NCBI RefSeq assembly: GCF_000017805.1
Contig: NC_009767.1
Span: forward strand, 2,702,880 to 2,734,879
Reading direction: 5' to 3'
Origin: Roseiflexus castenholzii DSM 13941
Lineage (GTDB): Bacteria; Chloroflexota; Chloroflexia; Chloroflexales; Roseiflexaceae
DNA: 32,000 bases
A model generated the notes under the pieces. That model saw only the letters and a list, made by a program, of their open reading frames with translations, was not told the DNA's origin and made no database searches. This document shows positions 7,810-17,269 of this stretch, piece after piece. The translations under genes and the position numbers were made by a program. Within the stretch, counting starts at the first letter, position 1. Each line of letters begins with the position of its first letter.

Positions 7810-10011
7810 GTGTCCAAGTCACGCATCCTGAGTCGTCGCAGATTTCTGACACTTTCAGCCATGACCGCTGCCAGCGCCGCGATTGCTGCTTGCGGCGGCG
7901 GGCAACCCGCGCAAGCGCCAACTACGGCGCCGGCGCCAACGGCAGCGCCAACCACGGCGCAAGCGCCAACCGTCGCTATTCCGCCAACTACGCCGCCGCA
8001 GGCGACCGCTGTTCCCCAGACGGTCAGCAAGTATAAGGAGGCGCCAGAACTGGCAAAGCTGGTTGCCGAAGGCAAATTGCCGCCCGTTGACGAGCGACTG
8101 CCGAAAAACCCGTATGTCGTACCGCACAAGTGGCTCACCGTCGGCAAGTATGGCGGAACGATCAACTTTACCAACTCTTGGGGACCCGACGGTATGGCGA
8201 CGATTGTGCAGGAGAGTCAGTATGGTCACTCAATCCTGCGCTGGCTCGATGATGGCCTGAAGATCGGTCCGGGTCTTGCCGAGAGTTGGGAAGCGAACGC
8301 CGATGCCAGCGAGTGGACGTTCAAGTTCCGCGAAGGGCTGAAATGGTCGGATGGGCATCCCTGGACAGTTGATGACATTCTCTACTGGTGGGAGTACATG
8401 GTCGGCGGCAACGGCAAGGAGAAGGAGTTCCCCGAAGGGCTGAAACCGATCGAGCCGCCGCCGGACGAAGGGCGCTCCGGTACGGGAACGCTGGCGACGC
8501 TGATCAAAGTCGATGACTATACGCTGACGATGAAGTTCGACGCCCCCGCACCGCTGACGGCGGATCGTCTGGCGATGTGGGTGAATGCCGGCATTGGGCC
8601 GCGCTGGATGGCGCCGCGTCACCATATGGAGCAGTTTAACCCCGTCCTCAATCCCGATAAGTACAAAGACTGGGATGAGCACACCAAGCGCATTCGCTTC
8701 GTCACCAACCCCGACTGCCCGACGATGACCGGTTGGAAGTGTGAGAGTTTCGAGGAGGGTGTGCGCGGTGTCTATACGCGCAATCCGTACTACTGGTGCG
8801 TGGACGCTGAGGGGAATCAGTTGCCCTATATCGACCGCATTATCTCGACCACCTTCCAGAACAGCGAGGTCGAAAAACTGAACGTGATCCAGGGCAAGAG
8901 CGACTTTACCCATCACTGGGTGCTCAGCCTCGATGATGTGCCCAACCTGCGCCAGAATGCCGATGCTGGCGGGTATGAGGTGCGCTTCTGGGAGAGCGGG
9001 TCGGGTTCGGGCACGTCGTTCTTCTTCAGTTACGACTACAACGATCCAAAGTGGCGCGAACTGATCCGCAACCCGAAGTTCCGTCAGGCGTTGTCGCTGG
9101 CGTTCAACCGCGCCGAATTGCAGAAGACGCAATACTTCGGCACCGGTGAGTTGACGACCGGCACCTTCAGCCCGAAAGCGATCGAGTACAATATCGACGA
9201 GAAAGGCAATCCGGATCGGGCCAATGCACGCTACCGCGAATGGCGCGATAGTTATGTGGCGTTCGATCAGGAGCGGGCGAAGGCGTTGCTCGACGAAATT
9301 GGCGTCAAAGTTGGCGCTGACGGGTTCCGCACCTTCCCGGACGGCTCGCCGCTCGATATTCAGGTGATCGTCGCATCGAACACGAGTAAGAACACTATCG
9401 CTCAAAACGAGCAGATGATCCGCGACTGGGGGCAGATCGGCATCAAGGCGACGCTTACTCCGGTGCCGCCGCAGGGTCGCCGCGATGACTGGTTCGCGGG
9501 TAAGTTGATGTCGAATGCCGATTGGGGTATTGGCGACGGACCGAACCATCTGGTCTACCCGCAGTGGTTGGTGCCAATCGAACCGGAACGCTGGGCGCCC
9601 CTCCACGGTCAGGGGTATCAGTTGCGCGGCACTGCCAGTGAAAAAGAGGAACTGGACAAAGATCCCTGGCAGCGCGCGCCGGCTCGTATTGTGCCGTCCG
9701 ACAAGGACTTCGATCCGGTTATTGCCAAACTGCATGAAATCTACGACAAGACGAAGGTCGAGCCGGAGTTTCTCAAGCGCACCCAGATGGTCTGGGAAAT
9801 GATGAAGATCCATGTCGAGAACGGACCGTTCGTACAGGGGTCGGTCGCCAACTTCGACCGCGTGTTCATCGTGAAGAAGGGGTTGATGAACGTGCCGAAG
9901 AAGGAAGACCTGGCGCTTGGCGGATTTACCGATCCCTGGATCCATCCCACGCCGGCGGTCTATGACCCTGAAGCCTGGTATTGGGATGATCCGTCAAAGC
10001 ATACAAGTTGA
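7810..10011 (+). CDS. ABC transporter substrate-binding lipoprotein, family 5 (peptide/nickel/oligosaccharide type), Tat-signal
   Basis: GTG at 7810 sits 5 nt after AAGGAGG. It has the twin-arginine motif SRRRFLTL, the lipobox IAAC-GGG and a Pro/Thr/Ala linker (APTTAPAPTAAPTTAQAPT...). The family-5 SBP body (about 730 aa) is larger than typical DppA/OppA. Confidence 0.85.
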   Translation: MSKSRILSRRRFLTLSAMTAASAAIAACGGGQPAQAPTTAPAPTAAPTTAQAPTVAIPPTTPPQATAVPQTVSKYKEAPELAKLVAEGKLPPVDERLPKNPYVVPHKWLTVGKYGGTINFTNSWGPDGMATIVQESQYGHSILRWLDDGLKIGPGLAESWEANADASEWTFKFREGLKWSDGHPWTVDDILYWWEYMVGGNGKEKEFPEGLKPIEPPPDEGRSGTGTLATLIKVDDYTLTMKFDAPAPLTADRLAMWVNAGIGPRWMAPRHHMEQFNPVLNPDKYKDWDEHTKRIRFVTNPDCPTMTGWKCESFEEGVRGVYTRNPYYWCVDAEGNQLPYIDRIISTTFQNSEVEKLNVIQGKSDFTHHWVLSLDDVPNLRQNADAGGYEVRFWESGSGSGTSFFFSYDYNDPKWRELIRNPKFRQALSLAFNRAELQKTQYFGTGELTTGTFSPKAIEYNIDEKGNPDRANARYREWRDSYVAFDQERAKALLDEIGVKVGADGFRTFPDGSPLDIQVIVASNTSKNTIAQNEQMIRDWGQIGIKATLTPVPPQGRRDDWFAGKLMSNADWGIGDGPNHLVYPQWLVPIEPERWAPLHGQGYQLRGTASEKEELDKDPWQRAPARIVPSDKDFDPVIAKLHEIYDKTKVEPEFLKRTQMVWEMMKIHVENGPFVQGSVANFDRVFIVKKGLMNVPKKEDLALGGFTDPWIHPTPAVYDPEAWYWDDPSKHTS

Positions 10012-10086
10012 GGGCAGGGACCGGTCTCAGACCGGACCATCGGGCAGGGACCGGTCTCAGACCGATCCCTCCTGAGACCGGTCTGT
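10012..10086. repeat. intercistronic palindromic repeat cluster (two 23-bp direct repeats plus a 12-bp-stem hairpin)
   Basis: GGGCAGGGACCGGTCTCAGACCG occurs at 10012-10034 and 10042-10064, each containing CCGGTCT-C-AGACCGG. In addition, 10049-10060 (GACCGGTCTCAG) pairs with 10072-10083 (CTGAGACCGGTC) across an 11-nt loop. No T-tract follows. The cluster sits between the SBP and permease genes. Confidence 0.7.
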
Positions 10087-10105
10087 ACCTGAAGGTTCAA
10101 CGACC

Positions 10106-11092
10106 ATGACCACATTCCTGGCTCGGCGCATTGTTTATATGATTATCACCATGATCCTGGCGTCGTTCATCGGGTTCTTCCTCATTGAACTGCCGCCTGG
10201 TTCGATTGTGGACATCAAGATCGATCAGTTGCGCGCGCAGGGCGGTAATGTGCCCCAGGATCAGATTGAAGCGCTCAAGCGACGCTACGGCGTCGATGAT
10301 CCGTTGCACATCAAGTACTGGAAGTGGGTTTCACGCACATTGCAGGGCGACTTCGGCACATCGTTCGAGACTGATACGCCGGTGGCCGGCATCATCGCGC
10401 AGCGCCTGCCTATCACGTTCGCGCTGACGTTTGGAACGGCGCTGTTCGCATGGCTTATTTCGATCCCGCTTGGTGTGTACCTCGCAACAAACCGTGGCAG
10501 TATACCGGATTATATCATCACGTTCGTGCAGTTTCTCGGCATCGCCATTCCCAACTTTGCGCTGGCGCTTATTCTGATGGTCTTCGCTGCGCTTGTGCTG
10601 CGGCAGGACGTTGGGCTTGGGTTTTTCTCGCCGCAGTATATCGGCGCGCCATGGAGTTTCGCCAAGTTTCTCAATCTGTTGAGCAATCTGTGGATCCCGG
10701 TGGTAGTGCTTGGCGCGTCTGCGACTGCCGGTTTGACGCGCGTGATGCGCGCCAACCTGCTGGATGTGCTGAATGCCCAGTATATTCAAACAGCCCGCGC
10801 CAAAGGGTTGCAGGAGAATGCCGTTATCTGGAAGCATGCAGTGCGCAATGCGGTTCACCCACTGGTGATGAGCATCGGGTATCTGTTGCCCGCGATTGTG
10901 GTTGGTGATGCGTTAGCGGGGGTTATCCTCAACCTGCCGACGCTTGGCGCGCTCTACCTGCGCGCGCTTCAGGCGACCGATATGTATCTCGGCATCACGA
11001 TTCTGATGATGCAATGTATGATGCTGTTGCTGGGGAACCTGATTGCCGATCTGTTGCTGGCATGGGTCGATCCGCGGGTGCGGTTGGAGTGA
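10106..11092 (+). CDS. ABC transporter permease, DppB/OppB type
   Basis: Polytopic membrane protein with the EAA-loop region YIQTARAKGLQENAVIWKHAVRNA typical of DppB/OppB-family permeases. Confidence 0.9.
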   Translation: MTTFLARRIVYMIITMILASFIGFFLIELPPGSIVDIKIDQLRAQGGNVPQDQIEALKRRYGVDDPLHIKYWKWVSRTLQGDFGTSFETDTPVAGIIAQRLPITFALTFGTALFAWLISIPLGVYLATNRGSIPDYIITFVQFLGIAIPNFALALILMVFAALVLRQDVGLGFFSPQYIGAPWSFAKFLNLLSNLWIPVVVLGASATAGLTRVMRANLLDVLNAQYIQTARAKGLQENAVIWKHAVRNAVHPLVMSIGYLLPAIVVGDALAGVILNLPTLGALYLRALQATDMYLGITILMMQCMMLLLGNLIADLLLAWVDPRVRLE

Positions 11093-11111
11093 CTGAGCGA
11101 GGCGAACACGC

Positions 11112-12242
11112 ATGGCAACGGTTGCAAAAGAAGCACAATCTCAGACTGGTCGCCCCCGAACGTTCGACGATGTCGGGCAATTGTCGCAATACCAGTTGAT
11201 CTGGCGGCGCTACAAGAAGAACCGCCTCTCGGTTGTTGGCGCAATTGCATTGATCATCATGTATGCGATGGCATTGTTTGCCGATGTGATTGCACCGTAT
11301 GACCCGAATGAGATTGATGCAAATCACCAGTACGCCCAACCTTCGACAATTGTCTGGGCGAATGGTGGGCTGGCGCTTCAGGGGATGCGGCAGGTTGTCG
11401 ACTCGGTCAACTTTCAGATCATTTATGAACCCGATCCCGATGTGACGTATCCGATCCGGCTGTTTGTGCGCGGCAGTCCGTATATCATGTGGGGTTTTAT
11501 CCCGCTCGACATCCATTTGTTTGGCGTCGATGCACCGCCTGAAGCGAACGCCAAAATCTTTCTCTGGGGCGCCGACCGTCAGGGGCGCGATTTGTTTTCT
11601 CGCGTGCTCAAAGGCGCTCAGATATCGCTCACGATCGGCTTCTTTGGCGTGATGATCAGTATGGTGATCGGCTCGATTGTCGGAACGGCGTCGGGGTACT
11701 TCGGTGGTTGGATCGATAATGTCATTCAGCGGGTCATCGAGTTGATCCAGACATTCCCCTTTATCTCGCTGTTTATTGCCATTGCGGCGGCGCTGCCGAT
11801 TACCATGCCGGTCGTGCAGCGGTATATGTTGATCACGATGATTCTGGCGTTGATCACATGGACGGGTTTTTCGCGCGAGGTGCGCGGCAAGGTGCTGAGT
11901 TATCGCAACGCCGATTACACGGCGGCGGCGATTGCGGCTGGCGCGTCACACTGGCGGGTCATTACGACCCACATGATCCCGAATGCAATGAGCCATATCA
12001 TCGTTGTGGCTTCGTTCGCGGTGCCGGGCGCGATTGCTGCCGAAACCGCGCTCAGTTTCCTCAACCTGGGTATGCTGCCGCCAGCCGTGAGTTGGGGCGT
12101 GTTGTTGCAGGATGCACAGCAGATCAAGTCGGTGACCCTCTATCCGTGGCTGTTGATCCCACTGGGCGCCATTGTGCTGGCGTCGTTGTGTCTGTACCTG
12201 CTGGGCGACGGTTTGCGCGATGCGGTCGATCCGTATGCGTAG
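11112..12242 (+). CDS. ABC transporter permease, DppC/OppC type, with N-terminal extension
   Basis: The EAA-loop region YTAAAIAAGASHWRVITTHMIPNAMSH and multiple TM segments are present. It lies 19 nt after the preceding permease gene. Confidence 0.9.
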   Translation: MATVAKEAQSQTGRPRTFDDVGQLSQYQLIWRRYKKNRLSVVGAIALIIMYAMALFADVIAPYDPNEIDANHQYAQPSTIVWANGGLALQGMRQVVDSVNFQIIYEPDPDVTYPIRLFVRGSPYIMWGFIPLDIHLFGVDAPPEANAKIFLWGADRQGRDLFSRVLKGAQISLTIGFFGVMISMVIGSIVGTASGYFGGWIDNVIQRVIELIQTFPFISLFIAIAAALPITMPVVQRYMLITMILALITWTGFSREVRGKVLSYRNADYTAAAIAAGASHWRVITTHMIPNAMSHIIVVASFAVPGAIAAETALSFLNLGMLPPAVSWGVLLQDAQQIKSVTLYPWLLIPLGAIVLASLCLYLLGDGLRDAVDPYA

Positions 12243-12311
12243 GCATGCAGGTTGTATGGTATCATTGCCGCTGGCTCATCCGTCACACAGACAGGTATCT
12301 TGAGGCGTCAC

Positions 12312-13307
12312 ATGCGAACCTTTCCTCTTCTGCGCCCGGCGACCGGATTGCTCGCGCTGGCGATCCTGGTGGCGTTCGTTACGCCTGTCGCCGCTGCGCC
12401 ACCCCGCGCTCCCGCCGCCTTCGAGCGCGGCACAATCACCCGGCGACCTTACGTGGTTATGATCGATAACCATCCGAACGCCTACCCGCAGACCGGTCTC
12501 GATAAGGCGGCGGTTGTCTTCGAGGCGCTTGCCGAGGCGGGTATCACCCGGTTCATGGCAGTGTACGTTCCTGGCGTGTCGCCCGATGTTCCGGCGATTG
12601 GTCCGGTGCGCAGCGCGCGGCTGTACTTCGTGCGCTGGGCAATGGGGATGCGCGGAATGTACATCCACGCTGGCGGCGCGCCCGATGCACTCCGGCGCGC
12701 GCGTGAAGCGCAGGAGATCATCGATGTCGATGCGCTGATGCGCTCCGGCGGCGCCTACTTCAGCCGCGTGCGCGCGCGCAAGGCGCCACATAATCTCTAC
12801 ACCAGCACGGCGCGTCTCGATCAGGCGGCGGCACGCTTTGGCAACGCCGAGATCAACGATCCTGACCTCGGTTTCCCGATCAAAGCCGAAGCGCCGCCGG
12901 AGCAGCGCCCGGCAGCGCAGGAGATCGGTTACTACTTTATGTACCGCCAGGACAGCGTCGGCTGGACGTATGACCCCGCCGGCAATGCGTACCTGCGCCT
13001 GCGCCGCGGCAAACCGGCGGTCGACGCCGCCACCGGGCAGCAACTGCGCGCCAGCAATATTGTCGTCATCGAAGTTCAGGAACGCCCCATCCCTGGCGAC
13101 CCCAAGGGACGCATCCAGCAGGATGTCGTTGGCAGCGGTCCGGGATTCTTGTTCCAGGACGGCCTGGCGCGCGAAATTACCTGGCGCAAGGAGTCGGAAG
13201 CGGCGCCGTTGCGCTTCTACCTCGCCGATGGCAGCGAAGCCGCGATGAACCCTGGGCAGGTGTGGATTGCGGCAGTGCCGAAGTTGAGCAACCTGACAGT
13301 GAAGTAG
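12312..13307 (+). CDS. DUF3048 domain-containing secreted protein (YerB-like)
   Basis: Start is set at the ATG at 12312 (MRTFPLLRPATGLLALAILVAF signal peptide), with GAGG 5 nt upstream. The DUF3048 hallmark RRPYVVMIDNHPNAYPQTGLDKAAVVFEALAEAGITRFMAVY is recognised from memory. Confidence 0.7.
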   Translation: MRTFPLLRPATGLLALAILVAFVTPVAAAPPRAPAAFERGTITRRPYVVMIDNHPNAYPQTGLDKAAVVFEALAEAGITRFMAVYVPGVSPDVPAIGPVRSARLYFVRWAMGMRGMYIHAGGAPDALRRAREAQEIIDVDALMRSGGAYFSRVRARKAPHNLYTSTARLDQAAARFGNAEINDPDLGFPIKAEAPPEQRPAAQEIGYYFMYRQDSVGWTYDPAGNAYLRLRRGKPAVDAATGQQLRASNIVVIEVQERPIPGDPKGRIQQDVVGSGPGFLFQDGLAREITWRKESEAAPLRFYLADGSEAAMNPGQVWIAAVPKLSNLTVK

Positions 13308-13458
13308 TCTCGCACGCATGTCTTTACGCTGTTATGCTGTCGTCTCAGCACCAGCGAGCCACATGTGCGCCGCGAATCAACGGAAGCGCTCCGGGCGCCA
13401 GAGCGCGATAGCTGTCATCCCGCAGATTATCGCCTGCGACCCTGGAAGACGGTTTCTT

Positions 13459-14973
13459 CTACGTAAGCAGATGTGCGATCTCCTGGCTGATGTCATCGTA
13501 GCCACGCACCGGAGCATTGTTTTCGCCGTTATTGCAGATTTCACCCACAATGCGGAAATTACGAAAGACCAGAATGCGTCGTGCCAATGCAGTGATCTCC
13601 GGCAGGTCCGAGGAGATGAGAATGATCGATTTACCTTCGTGCGCTGCCAGTCGCCAAATTAACCGATGAATATACTCTTTTGCGCCAATATCAACCCCAA
13701 TCGTCGGCTCGTCGATTATCAGGATGTTACACTGTGCCGCCAGCCATTTGGCGATGCTTACTTTTTGTTGGTTGCCGCCACTCAGAAGGCTCACGGATTG
13801 ATCGGGATCGAGCGCGTGAATATCCAGATTCTGCATGAACTCACGCGCGATAGCGGTTTCGGCTGCCGGTCGAATGGAACCGAGACGATCGCGCAGATTG
13901 TGCCAGATAGTTATCGCAATGTTCGTCTTGATCGATGCACTGAGGATGAGTCCTTGCTCCTTGCGGTTTTCAGAGATATACCCCATGCGATATGTGAACA
14001 GGCTGTCGGCCATCGTGCGGATACGGGCTGGTTTACCGTGGATCAGCACATGGCCGCTATCCATCCGCTGCTCACCAATCAGAATGTGCGCCAGTTCGGT
14101 GCGTCCAGAACCGACCATTCCGTAGAAGCCAAGAATTTCGCCGCGCCGCAGCGTAAAACTGATGTTGTGAAAGCGTCCTCGCTGGCAGATATTGCGCGCT
14201 TCCAGCACCACGTCAGTGGCATTGACCGGCAGCGGCGTTAATTCGAGCGCACGGACATCACGTCCGATCATCATGTGAATAATTTGCCCCCTGGTCAGCC
14301 CCGTCGCCGGTTGGGTCCCGATAAGCACACCGTCGCGCAGGACGGAGACCGTGTCGGCGATGGCGAGGACTTCTTCCAGTTTGTGGGATACAAAGATCAC
14401 GATGACCCCATTGTTCTTCAGACGACGAAGCAGTGTCAGCAGGTTGTCAGATTCGTGCGGTGTCAGGGTTGATGTTGGTTCGTCCATGATCAAGACACGT
14501 GCATTGGCGGAAAGTGCACGTGCGATCATTATCAGTTGCTTGTGCGCAACGCTAAGATCGGCGACCGTCTGCGTTACCGGGATGGTGAGGTTGACCATCT
14601 GCGCATACTCGGCAGCATCCCGCTTCAGGCGCGTCCAGTCGATGTGTCCACGCCGCTGGTAGCGGTCAAGTTTGTCGAGCATAATATTTTCCGCCACCGT
14701 GCTTCTGGGAATGACCTGAATTTCCTGGCTTACCAGATTGATATGATGGACCAGCGCATCCTTAGAGGAACGCAGATGCAGCGTCATTCCGTCGAGGATG
14801 ATCTTGCCTGAATCTGGCGAGTAAATGCCCCCGATGATTTTGATGAGCGTGCTTTTGCCAGCGCCGTTTTCTCCGACGAGCGCGTGAATCTTGCCGGGCG
14901 CAAAGTCGATAGAAACATCGGACAGCGCCCGGACGCCAGGGAATGTTTTGGTGATCCGATGAACTTGTAGCAT
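13459..14973 (-). CDS. sugar ABC transporter ATP-binding protein, fused double ATPase (RbsA/MglA/XylG-like, CUT2 family)
   Basis: There are two ABC cassettes. The first has Walker A GENGAGKST, the signature-like motif LSVAHKQL and Walker B LIMDEPT. The second has the signature LSGGNQQK and Walker B ILIIDEPT. Start is placed at the ATG at 14973 (MLQVHRITKTFPGVRAL). The listed ORF start at 15012 is a TTG. Confidence 0.9.
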   Translation of the reverse strand: MLQVHRITKTFPGVRALSDVSIDFAPGKIHALVGENGAGKSTLIKIIGGIYSPDSGKIILDGMTLHLRSSKDALVHHINLVSQEIQVIPRSTVAENIMLDKLDRYQRRGHIDWTRLKRDAAEYAQMVNLTIPVTQTVADLSVAHKQLIMIARALSANARVLIMDEPTSTLTPHESDNLLTLLRRLKNNGVIVIFVSHKLEEVLAIADTVSVLRDGVLIGTQPATGLTRGQIIHMMIGRDVRALELTPLPVNATDVVLEARNICQRGRFHNISFTLRRGEILGFYGMVGSGRTELAHILIGEQRMDSGHVLIHGKPARIRTMADSLFTYRMGYISENRKEQGLILSASIKTNIAITIWHNLRDRLGSIRPAAETAIAREFMQNLDIHALDPDQSVSLLSGGNQQKVSIAKWLAAQCNILIIDEPTIGVDIGAKEYIHRLIWRLAAHEGKSIILISSDLPEITALARRILVFRNFRIVGEICNNGENNAPVRGYDDISQEIAHLLT

Positions 14974-15036
14974 TGCAGCGATGAGGCTCGTCAGCCTTTT
15001 AGAATGTCGCAATGTTCCTGGAAGGTTGGGGCATGG

Positions 15037-16131
15037 CTAGCGTTCGAGATACTTATCGAGCATTTCGGACTTGATCTGTTCGGTGACCTTAAGAATATCT
15101 TGCTGGTAGGTGTCGAGATTCTCCTTTGTGACGAAGATAAAGCCGGCGTTGACGAAGTATGCATCCGCTTTCGGCTTGTAGCCTTCCGATAAATACTTGA
15201 GCAGGAGCAGGCTCAGGTATCCGTGACCGAATGGATTCTGAACAATAGTGCCGTCCATCACACCGTCAGCGATCGCCTTCATGACCGCTTCGTCAGTATC
15301 GATGCCAACGGCGTGAATCTGACGTTGACCTCCCCTGGCCCGGTATTCGGTCAAGACCTGCGCGATAGCCACACTGGGCGTATAGCCGGTGGCGATGATT
15401 CCATCAACCCGATCAACATTGGCTGACAGGGCATCGCTTATTTTTTGCACCGCCGTTTCAATGCTGGTCATGCCCGCCACCTCTTGAATGATGGTCACAT
15501 CGGGATAACGGGCGACCACCTCTTCGATTCCTTGTTTGCGCAGTGCTGTATTAGGGTCTTCGAGCACTTCCAGCACATTGATGATGTTGCCTTTGCCTCC
15601 CATTGCTTTGATCAACTCTTCCGTCGCCTGCATGGCAGCCGCCTTGACATCGGTCGCCACTGCAAACGAGGCAGTGGTTGGCTGTGCCGTCGATGTGCCG
15701 AAGTTGATAATGTGCGCGCCTGCTGTTGTCAACTCTTCATAGAGTCCGTTGGCGCCGCTGGCATCGGCTGGATAGACGGCGAAAGCATTGAATCCCTGCG
15801 CTGCCAGCGCTTCTATGCGCTGGTTCTGGCTCCCCTGGGTCCAGTCGGGCCCGATCTGTTGTTCGACCTTAATGCCGGTGTCGGCTTCGAAGGCTGTTAC
15901 GCCTTTGCGTACTTCTTCAAAGTAGGGGTGTGGCGCCGGCGCATACCAGACCGGCTTGAACGCGCCGGTTGTCGGCGGGACAACAGTAGGAGGCGCTCCC
16001 GTTGCTTCTGTTTGGATGCTGGCAGGTGTGGGAGCGGTTGCTGCTGGATCTCCACATGCCGCCAGGATGAACGCTAACGCCATCAGTCCTGTGATGTGCC
16101 TTGACAACGTGTTCCTGCATTGTTTCGTCAT
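15037..16131 (-). CDS. sugar ABC transporter substrate-binding lipoprotein (periplasmic-binding-protein type I, RbsB-like)
   Basis: It has the lipobox LAACGD and AAGGAGG 6 nt upstream of the ATG at 16131. The fold is the type-I PBP (NFGTS, GIIATGYTPS, GIDTDEA). Confidence 0.85.
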   Translation of the reverse strand: MTKQCRNTLSRHITGLMALAFILAACGDPAATAPTPASIQTEATGAPPTVVPPTTGAFKPVWYAPAPHPYFEEVRKGVTAFEADTGIKVEQQIGPDWTQGSQNQRIEALAAQGFNAFAVYPADASGANGLYEELTTAGAHIINFGTSTAQPTTASFAVATDVKAAAMQATEELIKAMGGKGNIINVLEVLEDPNTALRKQGIEEVVARYPDVTIIQEVAGMTSIETAVQKISDALSANVDRVDGIIATGYTPSVAIAQVLTEYRARGGQRQIHAVGIDTDEAVMKAIADGVMDGTIVQNPFGHGYLSLLLLKYLSEGYKPKADAYFVNAGFIFVTKENLDTYQQDILKVTEQIKSEMLDKYLER

Positions 16132-16207
16132 CTCGATCCTCCTTGATACGATGGTGTGATATATGAGCCACTGTTGCCATTGAACAGCCAGCGCGGGCGT
16201 CTATGAT

Positions 16208-17230
16208 TCAAGGGGAACGATTGGTATGTTTGTTTAATGCCTGGCGAATGCTTTCGATAGAGACGGCCAGCAAAACAATGAGACCCAGGAATGTTTGCTC
16301 AAAATACACATTGACGTTGAGCATGATCAGCCCGTTTCTGATCAATGTGAGCAAAAGCGCGCTGGCCAGAATGCCGAGGGCGGAGAAAGCGCCGCCATTG
16401 AGAGCTGTACCTCCGATAATAGCGACCGCGAACGAGATAATGAGCCAGTCTGCGCCGGTTGAAGGCTGCGCCGATCCCATTCGTGAAACCCATAGCAGAC
16501 CGGCTATAGCAGCAAACAGCCCGGAGAGGGTATGGCTGAGAAAGATTACACGGTCGGTGCGAATACCGGATAAACGTGCCGCCTCTGGGTTGCCGCCGGT
16601 AGCCAGGAGGTGGCGTCCCACGATACGGAACTTGAAGACATATTCCATGACCATCAGTACAACAAGGGCCAGGAGGAGCAGGTAGGGAATGCCGATAAAA
16701 TCGCCACGTCCCAGGATGGTGAACTCTTTAGGAATGTTTGAGTAAGGGAAGCCCTGCGAGATGCCTTGAATCAGTCCGGTGAAAATAAACAGGCTGGCCA
16801 GCGTTACCACAAAGGAATTCAGCCGCATCTTAACAACAATGAAACCATTGAACATCCCGCAGAGCATGCCGGTCAGCAGTGCCAGAGAAACGCCGACCCA
16901 CGGCGACCAACCCATGGTATCCATGCACCAGCCGGCGACCACCACGGTCAGCCCGCCAATGGCGCCGAGTGACAGATTCATGCCGCCAGCAACAATGACG
17001 ATTGCCTGCCCCAAAGCGATAAAGACAAACAATGCCGCCGTGCGTGAGATGTTGAAGAGATTGAAGGAGGTTAGAAAACTGGGATTGCTCAGGGAAAAAA
17101 GTGCAAACAGGAATAGAACCGCCAGCACGACGCTGGCGTCACTTCGACGGAAGGCGCTGAACACGCTGCTGCCGACGCTATTCCACGCACCACGTCGCTG
17201 CGCTTTCGAGTCTGCCTGGCTGTTGGACAT
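16208..17230 (-). CDS. sugar ABC transporter permease (RbsC/XylH-like, CUT2 family)
   Basis: About 10 hydrophobic segments and a typical BPD_transp_2 family layout. GGGAG lies upstream of the ATG at 17230. Confidence 0.9.
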   Translation of the reverse strand: MSNSQADSKAQRRGAWNSVGSSVFSAFRRSDASVVLAVLFLFALFSLSNPSFLTSFNLFNISRTAALFVFIALGQAIVIVAGGMNLSLGAIGGLTVVVAGWCMDTMGWSPWVGVSLALLTGMLCGMFNGFIVVKMRLNSFVVTLASLFIFTGLIQGISQGFPYSNIPKEFTILGRGDFIGIPYLLLLALVVLMVMEYVFKFRIVGRHLLATGGNPEAARLSGIRTDRVIFLSHTLSGLFAAIAGLLWVSRMGSAQPSTGADWLIISFAVAIIGGTALNGGAFSALGILASALLLTLIRNGLIMLNVNVYFEQTFLGLIVLLAVSIESIRQALNKHTNRSP

Positions 17231-17269
17231 ACTCGTGCTCCCGGTTCCAGAACTTCCGACCGTGTTCTG

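Noticed and set aside
8230-9945. 571-aa antisense ORF inside the family-5 SBP gene
   Set aside because: This is a shadow ORF typical of high-GC DNA. It has an Arg/His/Leu-rich nonsense composition and no recognisable motif, and the opposite strand encodes a clearly homologous SBP.
12276-13319. 347-aa antisense ORF opposite the DUF3048 gene
   Set aside because: Same reasoning: Arg/Ala-rich shadow frame with no motifs. The plus strand has the signal peptide and the DUF3048 hallmark.
13308-13458. Intrinsic terminator in the convergent gap between the DUF3048 gene and the sugar ABC ATPase gene
   Set aside because: Only a weak 6-bp stem (GCGCTC...GAGCGC near 13386-13406) without a flanking T/A tract, which is not enough to call.
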